From an uncultured Acidobacteriota bacterium (GTDB taxonomy: Bacteria; Acidobacteriota; Vicinamibacteria; Vicinamibacterales; UBA2999), in NCBI GenBank assembly GCA_902826065.1, contig CADEDM010000001.1, positions 23,340 to 87,339 on the forward strand: a stretch of DNA of 64,000 bases, read 5' to 3'. The translations under genes and the position numbers were made by a program. Below the pieces are notes generated by a model. The model was given only the letters and a program-made list of their open reading frames with translations. It had not been told where the DNA came from and ran no database searches. Positions 8,985-18,300 of this stretch are shown here, one piece after another (the first letter of the stretch is position 1; every line of letters begins with the position of its first letter).

Positions 8985-10360
8985 CGGACGCCGCCGAACC
9001 CGAGCAGGGTCGTCGACGTGAGCCCGTACGCCACGCCATCGGGCCGGACGGCGAGGGCGACGACGTCGCCGAACGGCGTCCGCCGCAGCCCCTCGATGGC
9101 AACGGCGTCGTTTCCGCCGCCCAGCCGCACGAGCCGCAACCAGCCGTCCTCCGAGGCTACGAGCACGACGTCGTCGGTCGCGACACCGGTGGAGGGAACC
9201 GCCACCGCCGCTCGCACCTGCCCCGGAAGGATCACGGTGGGCGTCGCACCGGCGCCACCCACGGGCGTCCGGCGCAGGACCGTCGTAAGGGCGTCCGACC
9301 GATCGAGGACCCACATGCCGTTCGCGGTGGTGACGACGGCTCGCGGCGCCTGAAGCCCCCAGGCCAGGACGACCGAGGTCTGCGCTCGCGGGGTCGTCCC
9401 GTCGGCGTTGAGCCCGAGCAGCTTGCCGGCGAGGTCGCCGAGGTCCCCGGCTCGCGCCGGCGCCATGGCATCGTCGACCGCCACGAGCAGTCGGCCGTCA
9501 TAATTTTGGCGCACGACCGCAGCGGGCTTGACGGCCCGGGTCGGGACGTCGCTGGCGACGATCAGCCTCTCGCCGAGCGCGCCGTCGAGCAGCCGGAAGC
9601 GCGCCAGATCCACTCCAGCGGCCGTGGAATACAGCACGAAGACGTGGCCGCTGCGTTCGAAGTCGCCCGCCACGGCCATCGATAGCAGGCCCCGCCCATC
9701 GCCGCGCACCATCTCCGGTGCCGGCACCGCCAGCGCCTGGGATCGGGCCGTTGGCAGGTCCACGAGGTGCACGATGCCGGCGCGGACGGCCACTAGCGCG
9801 GTGTGGCCGTCGGGCAGGAGAGCGAGGTCGACGGCATCGTCGAGGTCGCGCATCACGGTGGTCACGTCGCCACCCGAACCGTCGGGCGGCGGGTCGTCGG
9901 TTGGCGGAGGCGGTGGCGAGCCCAACCCGCCTTCGGGCTTGTCGCCGACGACCACGGTGAACGTGTCGGATTCGGCTCGTTGCTCGTGGAATTCGTCGGC
10001 CAGCGACGCGACCACGGCGATCGCGCGCAGGCCGGGTTCGAGCGTCGGCAGCACCGCCTCACAGGGGACGCTGTCCTCGTTCCGCTCGCCGCACACGACC
10101 TCGGTCAGCCGCTGCGGCTCGCCGTCGACCAGCAACCAGAATCCGAGCTGTCCGACCTCGACGTCGACCTCGCGCTGGGGCTGATCCCACGCCAGGCGGC
10201 TGCCCGGGCGGACCACGACGATGGTCGGGTCGGGGGTGTCGGGTTCGCCGTCAGCGGATGAGGGGGACAGTCCGCGACCGTCGCTCTGAACCGTCAGGGC
10301 CACCAAACCGATAACGAGAACAGCCAAGTAGGTGCGGCAGGTGTGCCTGAGGAGGCGCAT
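8981..10360 (-). CDS. Secreted protein: Ig/FN3-like domain, Pro-rich linker, then a beta-propeller resembling soluble glucose/sorbosone dehydrogenase (SGDH) folds
   Basis: Start chosen at the ATG at 10360 (MRLLRHTCRTYLAVLVIGLVALTV, signal/anchor). Linker GSPPPPPTDDPPPDGSGGD. Propeller-like stretches LLPDGHTALVAVRAGIVHLVD, GLLSMAVAGDFERSGHVFVLYS and GKLLGLNADGTTP. The function call is weak. Confidence 0.55.
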   Translation of the reverse strand: MRLLRHTCRTYLAVLVIGLVALTVQSDGRGLSPSSADGEPDTPDPTIVVVRPGSRLAWDQPQREVDVEVGQLGFWLLVDGEPQRLTEVVCGERNEDSVPCEAVLPTLEPGLRAIAVVASLADEFHEQRAESDTFTVVVGDKPEGGLGSPPPPPTDDPPPDGSGGDVTTVMRDLDDAVDLALLPDGHTALVAVRAGIVHLVDLPTARSQALAVPAPEMVRGDGRGLLSMAVAGDFERSGHVFVLYSTAAGVDLARFRLLDGALGERLIVASDVPTRAVKPAAVVRQNYDGRLLVAVDDAMAPARAGDLGDLAGKLLGLNADGTTPRAQTSVVLAWGLQAPRAVVTTANGMWVLDRSDALTTVLRRTPVGGAGATPTVILPGQVRAAVAVPSTGVATDDVVLVASEDGWLRLVRLGGGNDAVAIEGLRRTPFGDVVALAVRPDGVAYGLTSTTLLGFGGVR

Positions 10361-10587
10361 GACGTCACGTTCGGGAAGGCTTCCACACGATAGTCGAGAG
10401 GTTCGTGGTTCACAAGGCAGCGGATCGATGGTCGAGCGCGACCGACGAGCTGTATGCAAATTTGTTACCGTCTCGCGACTCCGGCGCTGACTTCCGGGCC
10501 GATTGCGACTAAAATCATTCCGGCGACGCTCGCGCTCTTCGACCCGGCGCGCACGCGGCGTCAACAGCGCCGCCCCGGAGTTCGCCC

Positions 10588-12180
10588 ATGCTTCCTGGCA
10601 AGAATCTCACCCCAACCGACGTCGCGGCCATCCTGAAGCGGAGGATCTGGCTCCTCGTCCTGCCTCCGCTCGTCATGGGCTTCGCCGCCCTGGTCTATTC
10701 GTCGGGCATCCGGAACGTCTACCAGGCCGACATGCTGATAGCCGTCGATCCCCAGCGCGTGCCGGGATCGATTGCCTCGACCATCGTCACCCTCGACGCC
10801 GAACAGCGGATGAACGCGATTTCGGTGCAGGTCCTGAGTCGCACCAACCTCGAACGCACCATCACCACGCTCGGGCTTTACGAGAAGGAACGCGAGACGG
10901 TGCCGATGGAAGACGTCGTCACGCGGATGCGCGACAACATCGCCGTCGAAGTCGAGAAGTCGAGCCGTGAGGGTCCCACCGCCTTTCACGTGAAGTTCAC
11001 GCATCCCGACCCCGATATTGCCACCAAGGTCACGCAGCAGCTCGGCGACCTCTTCGTGGAGCAGAACACCGAGGAACGGCGGTCACTGGCCGGCGCGGCC
11101 AACGACTTCCTCGACGAGCAGCTGGTCGAAGCCCGCAAGCGGCTCGAGGTCCAGGAGCGGAAGGTCGAAGAGTTCCGTCAGCGCTACGGCAAGGCGCTGC
11201 CGACGCAGATGCAGTCGAACCTGCAGGCGCTGCAGAGCCTGCAGATGCAGGTGCAGTCCACGGTCGAGAGCATCGCCCGCGACCGAGATCGCCGGGACGT
11301 CCTCGAGCGGCTCTATCGCGACTCGGCCTCGGAGCCCCAGAGCCTGCCGTCGACGCAGTCCTCGGGGCCGGGCGGCCCGGCCGCCGGCTCGGCGCAGCAG
11401 CAGCTGCAGACCGCGAAGGACCAGCTCGCCACCCTCGAACTGCGCTATACACCCGATCATCCGGACGTCAATCGTCTCAAGCGGCTCATCGCCGACCTGG
11501 CCCCGAAGGCGGCGGCGGAACAGGAAGCTGCGAAGCTCGCCACCGCGAAGAACTCTGCCGATCTGAGCACCGTGGTCGACCCGCGCGTGCGCCAGTCCCT
11601 GCGCCAGATGCAGCTCGAGATCGAGAGCCTCGACAAGCAGATCCGCTTCAAGGAGGCGACCGAGGCGCGGCTGCGCGGCGACATCACCGACTACCAGTCA
11701 CGCCTCGACGCCGTGCCCGGCCTCGAGTCGGAATGGGTGGCGCTGACCCGCGATTACGAGACGCAGCAACAGGAATACAAAGAGCTCCTGAGCAAGAGCG
11801 GCGCGGCCCGAGTGTCTAAGGCCCTCGAGGACCAGCGGATTGGCGAGACCTTCCGCATCGTCGACCCGGCGCGCGTACCGGTGAACCCGCTGCCGTCGAC
11901 ACGCGGCCGCATCAACGTCGCCGGGCTCATGATCGGTCTCCTGCTGGGCCTGCTGGTCGCCGCCGGCCTCGAGTTGCGCGATCGCTCGTTCCGCTCGCAG
12001 GAGGAGGTGGTGGAGATCCTGAGCCTGCCCGTCCTCGCCAGCGTGCCCCTGCTCGAATCCGTGACCGACCGCCAGCGCCGGCACCGTCGCACCAGCTGGG
12101 CGACCGGGGCCATGGTCGTCGCGTTCCTCGCCATGACGTACGTGACGTGGACGCTGAAGCTGTGGAACAGCCTGACGTAG
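10588..12180 (+). CDS. Polysaccharide chain-length determinant (Wzz/GumC-like; PEP-CTERM-locus subfamily type)
   Basis: 530 aa. N-terminal TM helix (RRIWLLVLPPLVMGFAALVY), a long coiled-coil periplasmic region and a C-terminal TM helix (GLMIGLLLGLLVAAGLE). It is followed by its cognate ATPase. Confidence 0.85.
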   Translation: MLPGKNLTPTDVAAILKRRIWLLVLPPLVMGFAALVYSSGIRNVYQADMLIAVDPQRVPGSIASTIVTLDAEQRMNAISVQVLSRTNLERTITTLGLYEKERETVPMEDVVTRMRDNIAVEVEKSSREGPTAFHVKFTHPDPDIATKVTQQLGDLFVEQNTEERRSLAGAANDFLDEQLVEARKRLEVQERKVEEFRQRYGKALPTQMQSNLQALQSLQMQVQSTVESIARDRDRRDVLERLYRDSASEPQSLPSTQSSGPGGPAAGSAQQQLQTAKDQLATLELRYTPDHPDVNRLKRLIADLAPKAAAEQEAAKLATAKNSADLSTVVDPRVRQSLRQMQLEIESLDKQIRFKEATEARLRGDITDYQSRLDAVPGLESEWVALTRDYETQQQEYKELLSKSGAARVSKALEDQRIGETFRIVDPARVPVNPLPSTRGRINVAGLMIGLLLGLLVAAGLELRDRSFRSQEEVVEILSLPVLASVPLLESVTDRQRRHRRTSWATGAMVVAFLAMTYVTWTLKLWNSLT

Positions 12181-12190
12181 GAGCCGACGC

Positions 12191-13096
12191 TTGAGCAGAA
12201 TCGATCAAGCCCTGGAGCGACACCTGCGCGGCGGCCGCGCGCCGCTCGCGCCGCCAGTGCAGAAGGAGTTCACGTCCGCGTGGTCGCCCGACGAAGTCGG
12301 CGTCGCCGCGGCGAACCAGCCCGCCGCCGCCGCCGACGCCGTCGCGGTCGCCCCGGAGCCGGCGCGCCCGCGCGCCAGCAACTTCGAGACGATGGGCCGG
12401 CGCGAGCCCAACGGCAACGCCATGGTCACGCTGTCATCGGCCTGGCGGGAACGCCTTGCCGACGGCCGCAACGCTGATCCGACCCTGCTCGAACAGTTCC
12501 GACAGCTGGCCGGCACGCTATTCCACCTGCAGCGCGCCAACAATCTCCGCAGCGTCATGGTGACTAGTGCGACCCCCGGCGACGGCAAGACGCTCGTCTC
12601 CGTCAACCTGGCGCTGGTGCTCGCCGAGTCGTACCGGGCGCGCGTGCTGCTGGTCGACGCCGACCTGCGCAAGCCGTCGATTCCGGCGGTGCTGCCGATA
12701 GCCGATGGGGTCGGCCTGAGCGATGCGCTGCGCGCGGAGAACGACGCGCCGCTGGCGCTGATTCAGCTGACGCCGACCCTCACGCTGCTGCCTGCCGGCC
12801 AGCCCATTCCCAACTCGCTCGAGGCCCTGACGTCGCCACGCATGCGCTCGATCATGAGCGAGGCCGTCGAGCGTTTCGACTGGGTGGTCCTGGACGCCGG
12901 CCCGATCGGCCCCACCACCGACCCCCGCGTGCTCACGACCCTGGTCGACGGCGCCGTCTTCGTCGTGCGCGCGGGCGTTACCCAGTTCGATGACGTGCAG
13001 AAGGGCATCGAGGCGCTGGGCCGCGATCACCTGCTGGGCATCGTGCTCAACGGGGTGGATGGCGCGAGCGCCACGCCCTACTACGGAACGCGATAG
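12191..13096 (+). CDS. BY-kinase-like P-loop ATPase (exopolysaccharide/PEP-CTERM-locus tyrosine autokinase type)
   Basis: TTG start. N-terminus SRIDQALER. Walker A VMVTSATPGDGKTLVSVNLA, A' LLVDADLRKP, Walker B DWVVLDAGP. The C-terminus contains YY. Confidence 0.8.
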   Translation: MSRIDQALERHLRGGRAPLAPPVQKEFTSAWSPDEVGVAAANQPAAAADAVAVAPEPARPRASNFETMGRREPNGNAMVTLSSAWRERLADGRNADPTLLEQFRQLAGTLFHLQRANNLRSVMVTSATPGDGKTLVSVNLALVLAESYRARVLLVDADLRKPSIPAVLPIADGVGLSDALRAENDAPLALIQLTPTLTLLPAGQPIPNSLEALTSPRMRSIMSEAVERFDWVVLDAGPIGPTTDPRVLTTLVDGAVFVVRAGVTQFDDVQKGIEALGRDHLLGIVLNGVDGASATPYYGTR

Positions 13097-13116
13097 CCCG
13101 CGGGGCTGGAACTCGC

Positions 13117-14490
13117 ATGAATCGCGTCGTCAGTGCTCGTCGGGCCATTCTTGTCGCCGTCGAGCACGCCCTCATCGTCGCCGCGCAGCTGGGCGCCGCC
13201 GCGCTGGCCGGCGTTGGCGAAGCGCCGCTGCAGACCATGGTTCCCCGTGCCGTGCTGGTGGCGGCGGTGCTGCAGGTCAGCCTGCACTACTTCGACCTGT
13301 ACGAGGTCCGCACGCTCACCGACCGTCGCAACGCGTTCGCCGGCGTGCTGAGCGCGCTGGGCGTGACGTCGGCGCTGCTCGCCATCGTCTACTGGTGGAT
13401 GCCGAGCCTGATCATCGGCCGCGCCGTCTTCGTCCTTGCGTCGGTGCCGATCATCGCCGCCGTCGTCGGCTGGCGGCTCGCCTTCCAGTGGCTCTCTACC
13501 AGGGGCGGCCCCACCGAGCGCCTGCTGATCGTCGGCACGAATCCGGCCGCGGTGAACCTGGCCCGCGAGCTGCTCGATCGCCGCAGCGAGCTCGGCATCG
13601 ACCCGATCGGCTTCGTCGACAGCGATCCGTCGACGGTGGGCCGGCAGCTGCTCGGCACCGGCGTCCTGGGCGTGGTCAGCGATATTCCGTCGATCGTCCG
13701 CTCGCGCCAGGTCGATCGCGTCGTCGTCAGCCTGGCCGACGCCCGCGGCAAGCTGAACATGGACGAACTGGTGTTCATGAAGCTGAACCAGGGCGTGCGG
13801 TTCGATCACCTGGCGTCGGTGTACGAGGAGTACACCGGGAAGATCGCCGTCGAGAACCTTCGACCGAGCTGGGTGATCTTCTCCGAGGGCTTCCGGAAGA
13901 CGCAGCTGCTGACGCTCTCGAAGCGCGCGTCCGACGTGCTGCTCTCGTCGGTGGCGCTGGCCCTGGCCGCGCCGATCATGGCCGTGGTGGCCATGGCCGT
14001 GCGCTACACGTCGCCAGGCCCGGTACTCTACCGTCAGTCGCGCGTCGGCAAGGACGGGCAGCTCTTCACCATCATGAAGTTCCGGTCGATGCGCGAGGAC
14101 GCCGAGGCCGCGACCGGCGCCGTGTGGGCAACGCTTCGCGACCCGCGCGTGACGCCGCTCGGACGCCTGCTCCGCCGCAGCCGTCTCGACGAGCTGCCGC
14201 AGCTGTTGAATGTGTTGCGCGGCGAGATGAGTTTCGTCGGTCCGCGTCCCGAGCGCCCGGAGTTCGTCGATGGGCTGACGCAGCAGATCAAGTTCTACGG
14301 CCAGCGCCACGTCGTGCGCCCCGGCCTGACGGGTTGGGCCCAGGTGCGGCATCGCTACGGCGCCTCGGTGGAAGACGCGCAGGAGAAGCTGCAGTACGAC
14401 CTGTTCTACATCAAGCACCTGTCGCTGTGGTTCGACGCGTTCATCCTCGCCGAGACGGTCAAAACCGTCCTCATGCGCCGCGGGTCGTAG
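13117..14490 (+). CDS. Priming undecaprenyl-phosphate sugar phosphotransferase (Bac_transf; TIGR03013/EpsB-like)
   Basis: 457 aa. Four N-terminal TM helices and a central Rossmann-like domain. C-terminal catalytic domain: SKRASDVLLSSVALALAAPIM...MKFRSMREDAE...LDELPQLLNVLRGEMSFVGPRPERPEF. Confidence 0.9.
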   Translation: MNRVVSARRAILVAVEHALIVAAQLGAAALAGVGEAPLQTMVPRAVLVAAVLQVSLHYFDLYEVRTLTDRRNAFAGVLSALGVTSALLAIVYWWMPSLIIGRAVFVLASVPIIAAVVGWRLAFQWLSTRGGPTERLLIVGTNPAAVNLARELLDRRSELGIDPIGFVDSDPSTVGRQLLGTGVLGVVSDIPSIVRSRQVDRVVVSLADARGKLNMDELVFMKLNQGVRFDHLASVYEEYTGKIAVENLRPSWVIFSEGFRKTQLLTLSKRASDVLLSSVALALAAPIMAVVAMAVRYTSPGPVLYRQSRVGKDGQLFTIMKFRSMREDAEAATGAVWATLRDPRVTPLGRLLRRSRLDELPQLLNVLRGEMSFVGPRPERPEFVDGLTQQIKFYGQRHVVRPGLTGWAQVRHRYGASVEDAQEKLQYDLFYIKHLSLWFDAFILAETVKTVLMRRGS

Positions 14491-14492
14491 TC

Positions 14493-15362
14493 ATGGCGAT
14501 CCTGAACGCTCTCACCGTCGACGTGGAGGACTACTTCCACGTCTCGGCCTTCGCCGCCGACGTCAAGCGCCACCATTGGGAGGCGCTCGAGAGCCGCGTC
14601 TGCGCGAACACCGATCGGTTGCTCGACATCTTCAGTGAGGCCGGCGTCACTGGCACGTTCTTCGTGCTGGGATGGGTGGCGGAACGCTTTCCCGCGCTGG
14701 TGCGGCGCATCCAGGCCGGCGGCCACGAGATCGCGTCGCACAGCTACGCCCACGAGCTGGTCTACGACTTGACCCCGGAGCAGTTTCGCGACGACCTGCG
14801 GCGGGCCGCACGCGTGCTCGAAGACGCCGCCGGAGTCGCCGTACGCGGCTATCGCGCGCCCAGCTACTCGATCACGGAGCCGTCGCTCTGGGCGTTCGAC
14901 GTGCTGGTGAGCGAGGGCTACACCTTCGACTCGAGCGTCTATCCGATTCGCCACGATCGCTACGGCATTCCCGACTTCGAACGGCTGCCGCACCGCCTCG
15001 AGCGGCACGGCGGCGAACTCTGGGAGTTGCCGGGGTCGACGGTGCGCCGTCTCGGGATGAACCTGCCGATCGGCGGCGGCGGGTACTTCCGCCAGTTTCC
15101 GTATGCGTGGACGCGCGCCGGGATCCGCGCGCTCAACGACGGCGAACAGCAGCCCGCCGTCTTCTACCTGCACCCCTGGGAGATCGACCCTGACCAGCCA
15201 CGCATGCACGGCAGCGCGTTGTCGCGGTTCCGGCACTATCGAAACCTCGACAAGACCGAAGCCCGTCTCCGGCGCCTGCTCGCGGATTTCGCCTTCGCCC
15301 CGATCGCCGACGTGCTGCGGACGCGGCAGGGCGCGGCGGCGCGGCGCGAGGCCGTGAACTGA
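14493..15362 (+). CDS. Polysaccharide deacetylase (CE4 + DUF3473; XrtA-locus subfamily type)
   Basis: MAILNALTVDVEDYFHVSAF...TFFVLGWVAERFPALVRRIQAGGHEIASHSYAHE...YRAPSYSI...FYLHPWEIDPDQP. This is only the last 289 codons of the 790-aa track ORF 12990-15362. The upstream part of that ORF is out of frame with the sugar transferase and Arg-rich. Confidence 0.9.
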   Translation: MAILNALTVDVEDYFHVSAFAADVKRHHWEALESRVCANTDRLLDIFSEAGVTGTFFVLGWVAERFPALVRRIQAGGHEIASHSYAHELVYDLTPEQFRDDLRRAARVLEDAAGVAVRGYRAPSYSITEPSLWAFDVLVSEGYTFDSSVYPIRHDRYGIPDFERLPHRLERHGGELWELPGSTVRRLGMNLPIGGGGYFRQFPYAWTRAGIRALNDGEQQPAVFYLHPWEIDPDQPRMHGSALSRFRHYRNLDKTEARLRRLLADFAFAPIADVLRTRQGAAARREAVN

Positions 15363-15372
15363 GGCCGGTCGC

Positions 15373-18300
15373 ATGTCACGCCACGTCGCATCCACAGATA
15401 TCGCCATCATCGGCATGGCGTGCCGCGTCCCTGGCGCGCCCAGCTACGGCGCTATGTGGCGCCTGCTGGCCGAGGGCCGCGAAGGCCGGACGACCCTCGA
15501 CGACGAGGCGCTGCGCCAGGCCGGTGAGCCCGAGGCGCTGTTCGCGGATCCGGCCTACGTCAAGGCCGGCATGTTCCTCGACGGCGTCCGCCTGTTCGAC
15601 CCCGGGTTCTTCGGCTTCAGTCCGCTCGACGCCCGCGTGCTCGACCCGCAGCACCGCCAGTTCCTCGAGTGCGCCTGGGAGGCCTTCGAGGATGCCGGCG
15701 TCGACCCGGGCCGCCAGCCGGGCACGATCGGCGTGTTCGCCGGTTCAGGACAGCACCTGTACTACGCGCAGCACCTGCTGACCAACGAGACGCTGGTCGA
15801 TCAGGTGGGCCGCTTCCTGCTGCGCCACACCGGCAACGACAAGGATTTCCTCGCCACCCGCGTCTCTTACTGCTTCGACCTGCGCGGGCCCAGCATCAAC
15901 CTGCAGACCGCATGCTCGACGTCGCTCGTCGCCGTGCACACGGCGATGCAGAGCCTGCTCAACGGCGAGTGCGACGTGGCGCTCGCCGGAGCGGTGACCA
16001 TCGAGCTGCCGGATCGCGTCGGCTACCTGTACCGGCCGAGTGAGATCCTCTCGCCCGACGGCCACTGCCGGCCGTTCGATGCCAGCGCCGGTGGCACGCT
16101 CTTCGGCAGCGGCGTCGCGATCGTCGTGCTGAAGAAGGCGGCGCAGGCGGTCGCGGACGGCGATCACATCCACGCGCTGATCAAGGGGTCGGCCGTCAAC
16201 AACGACGGGTCCGGCAAGGTGAGCTACCTCGCGCCGAGCGTGGACGGCCAGGCGGACGCCATCGCCGAGGCACTGGCGATGGCGGAGGTCGAGCCCGACA
16301 GCGTGAGCTACGTCGAGGCACACGGCACCGGCACCCAGCTCGGCGACCCCATCGAGGTGGCTGCGCTGTCGCAGGCTTACGGCCGCGATTCGGCCACTGC
16401 CGCGCCGTGCGGCCTCGGCTCGATCAAGTCGAACATCGGCCATCTCGACACGGCGGCTGGCACGGCCGGCCTCATCAAGCTGGCGCTTGCGCTGCAGCAC
16501 CGCACGCTGCCGCCGACGCTGCACTACACGGCGCTGAACCCGGCGATCGATCCCGCCCAGACCTCGTTCCGCGTGGTCGACCACCTGCGGCCATGGACCG
16601 GACCGTCGCCCCTGCGCGCCGGACTCAGTTCGCTTGGCGTCGGCGGCACCAACGCGCATCTCGTCGTCGAAGAGGCGCCGCCCACCGCGCCGGACGGCAC
16701 GGCGCGCGACCGGCAGCTCCTGGTGCTGTCGGCGCGCTCGAGGCCCTCGCTCGAACGTGCTCGCCAGGCCTTGGCCGCGCGCCTCGACGGTGTCGAGGCC
16801 TCGGCCCCGCGCCTGGCCGACATTGCCTACACGCTGGCCACCGGCCGGCGCGCGTTCAAGCACCGCGCGAGCCTGGTCGCTGCGGCGCCGCTCGAAGCCG
16901 CCGATCTGCTGTCGGCGCGCGAATCGGACCAGGTGGTCGTCGGCGAGACGGCAGAACAGGGACGCCGTGTGGCGTTCACGTTCGCCGGTGGCGGCGCGCA
17001 GCATCCCGGCATGGGCAAGGAGCTCTACGCCCACGAGCCGGCGTTCCGCGCCGCTCTCGACCGATGTCTGTCCGCACTCACGCGCCACACCGACTTCGAT
17101 CTCAAGCCGCTGCTCTTCCCGGCGACAGCGGAGGCCCGGCAGCACGCCGCGGCCGCGCTCGAACGTCCGAGCCGGGCGCTTCCGGCGCTGTTCTCGATGC
17201 AGTACGCCCAGGCGACCTTGTGGCGCGCGTGGGGCATCGAGCCCCACGCGTTCATCGGCCACAGCATGGGCGAGAACACGGCGGCCTGTCTCGCCGGCGT
17301 GATGGAGCTCGACGATGCGCTCGGCCTCGTGGCCTTGCGCGGCCGCCTCTTCGAACGTGTGGCGCCCGGAGCGATGCTGAGCGTGGAACTCGACGAAGCG
17401 GCCCTGGGGCCTTGGCTGGCGCCCGGGCTCGACGTCGCGGCCGTGAACGCGCCGGGCCTCACCGTCATCTCCGGTCCCGCGGCCGACGTCCGTCGTCTCC
17501 AGGAGCGGCTCGAAGCCGCGAACATCGGCTGCCAGCGCATCCGCATCGAAGTGGCCGCACACTCATCGATGCTCGAGCCGATTCTCGCCGACTTCCGCGC
17601 CTACCTGCGCTCCTTGCCGCTGTCGGCTCCCGCGACGCCCTTCATCTCCAACGTCACCGGCCGCTGGATTGAGCCGGGCGAAGCGACAGATCCCGAGTAC
17701 TGGGTGCGCCACCTCCGGCAGACCGTGCGTTTCGCCGACGGCGTCGGCCAGCTACTGCGCGACGGGCCGCCGGTGCTGCTGGAAGTAGGCCCGGGCCGTA
17801 CCCTCACGAGCCTGGCGTCACTGCATTCCGACAAGACCGCGCACCACGTGGTCCTGACGTCGATGCCGCGGGCTGACGAAGAGGCCAACGACCTGTCGCA
17901 CATGATGGGCGCGCTCGGCCGCCTGTGGGTCAATGGCGTCGATCCCGACTGGACGCGCTTCTACGAGGGCCAGCAGCGGAAGAAGCAGCCGCTGCCGACC
18001 TACTCGTTCGACCATGCCGAGTACTGGATCGACCGTAGCACCGCATCCACCGGCCGCGCGGGCGACGCGCGAGGCCAGGCCGGCGTCTACGAGCCGGTGT
18101 GGCGTCCGGCCGCGCCGCGCCCGTCGTTCGAAGCTCCTGGCGCCTGCGTCCTCGTCCTCGACGACGACCGCGACCGGCTGCGGAGCTTCGAGACGGCCCT
18201 CGTCCGCGCTGGCGCCGCGGTGCGTCTGGTCCTGGCGTCCGACCGGTGCCTCGTTGAGGGCACCGGCCCGTGCGAACTGCGCACCGGTGTGCCCGACGAC

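Noticed and set aside
13081-14418. 445-aa minus ORF antisense to the sugar transferase
   Set aside because: Arg/His/Asp/Gly-rich with no domain. The sense strand encodes a textbook Bac_transf protein.
12990-15362. 790-aa + ORF that looks like one large protein
   Set aside because: Only the last 289 codons (from the ATG at 14493) encode the deacetylase. The first ~500 codons are an Arg/Ala/Gly/Pro-rich alternative frame of the BY-kinase and sugar-transferase genes, which have clear motifs in their own frames.
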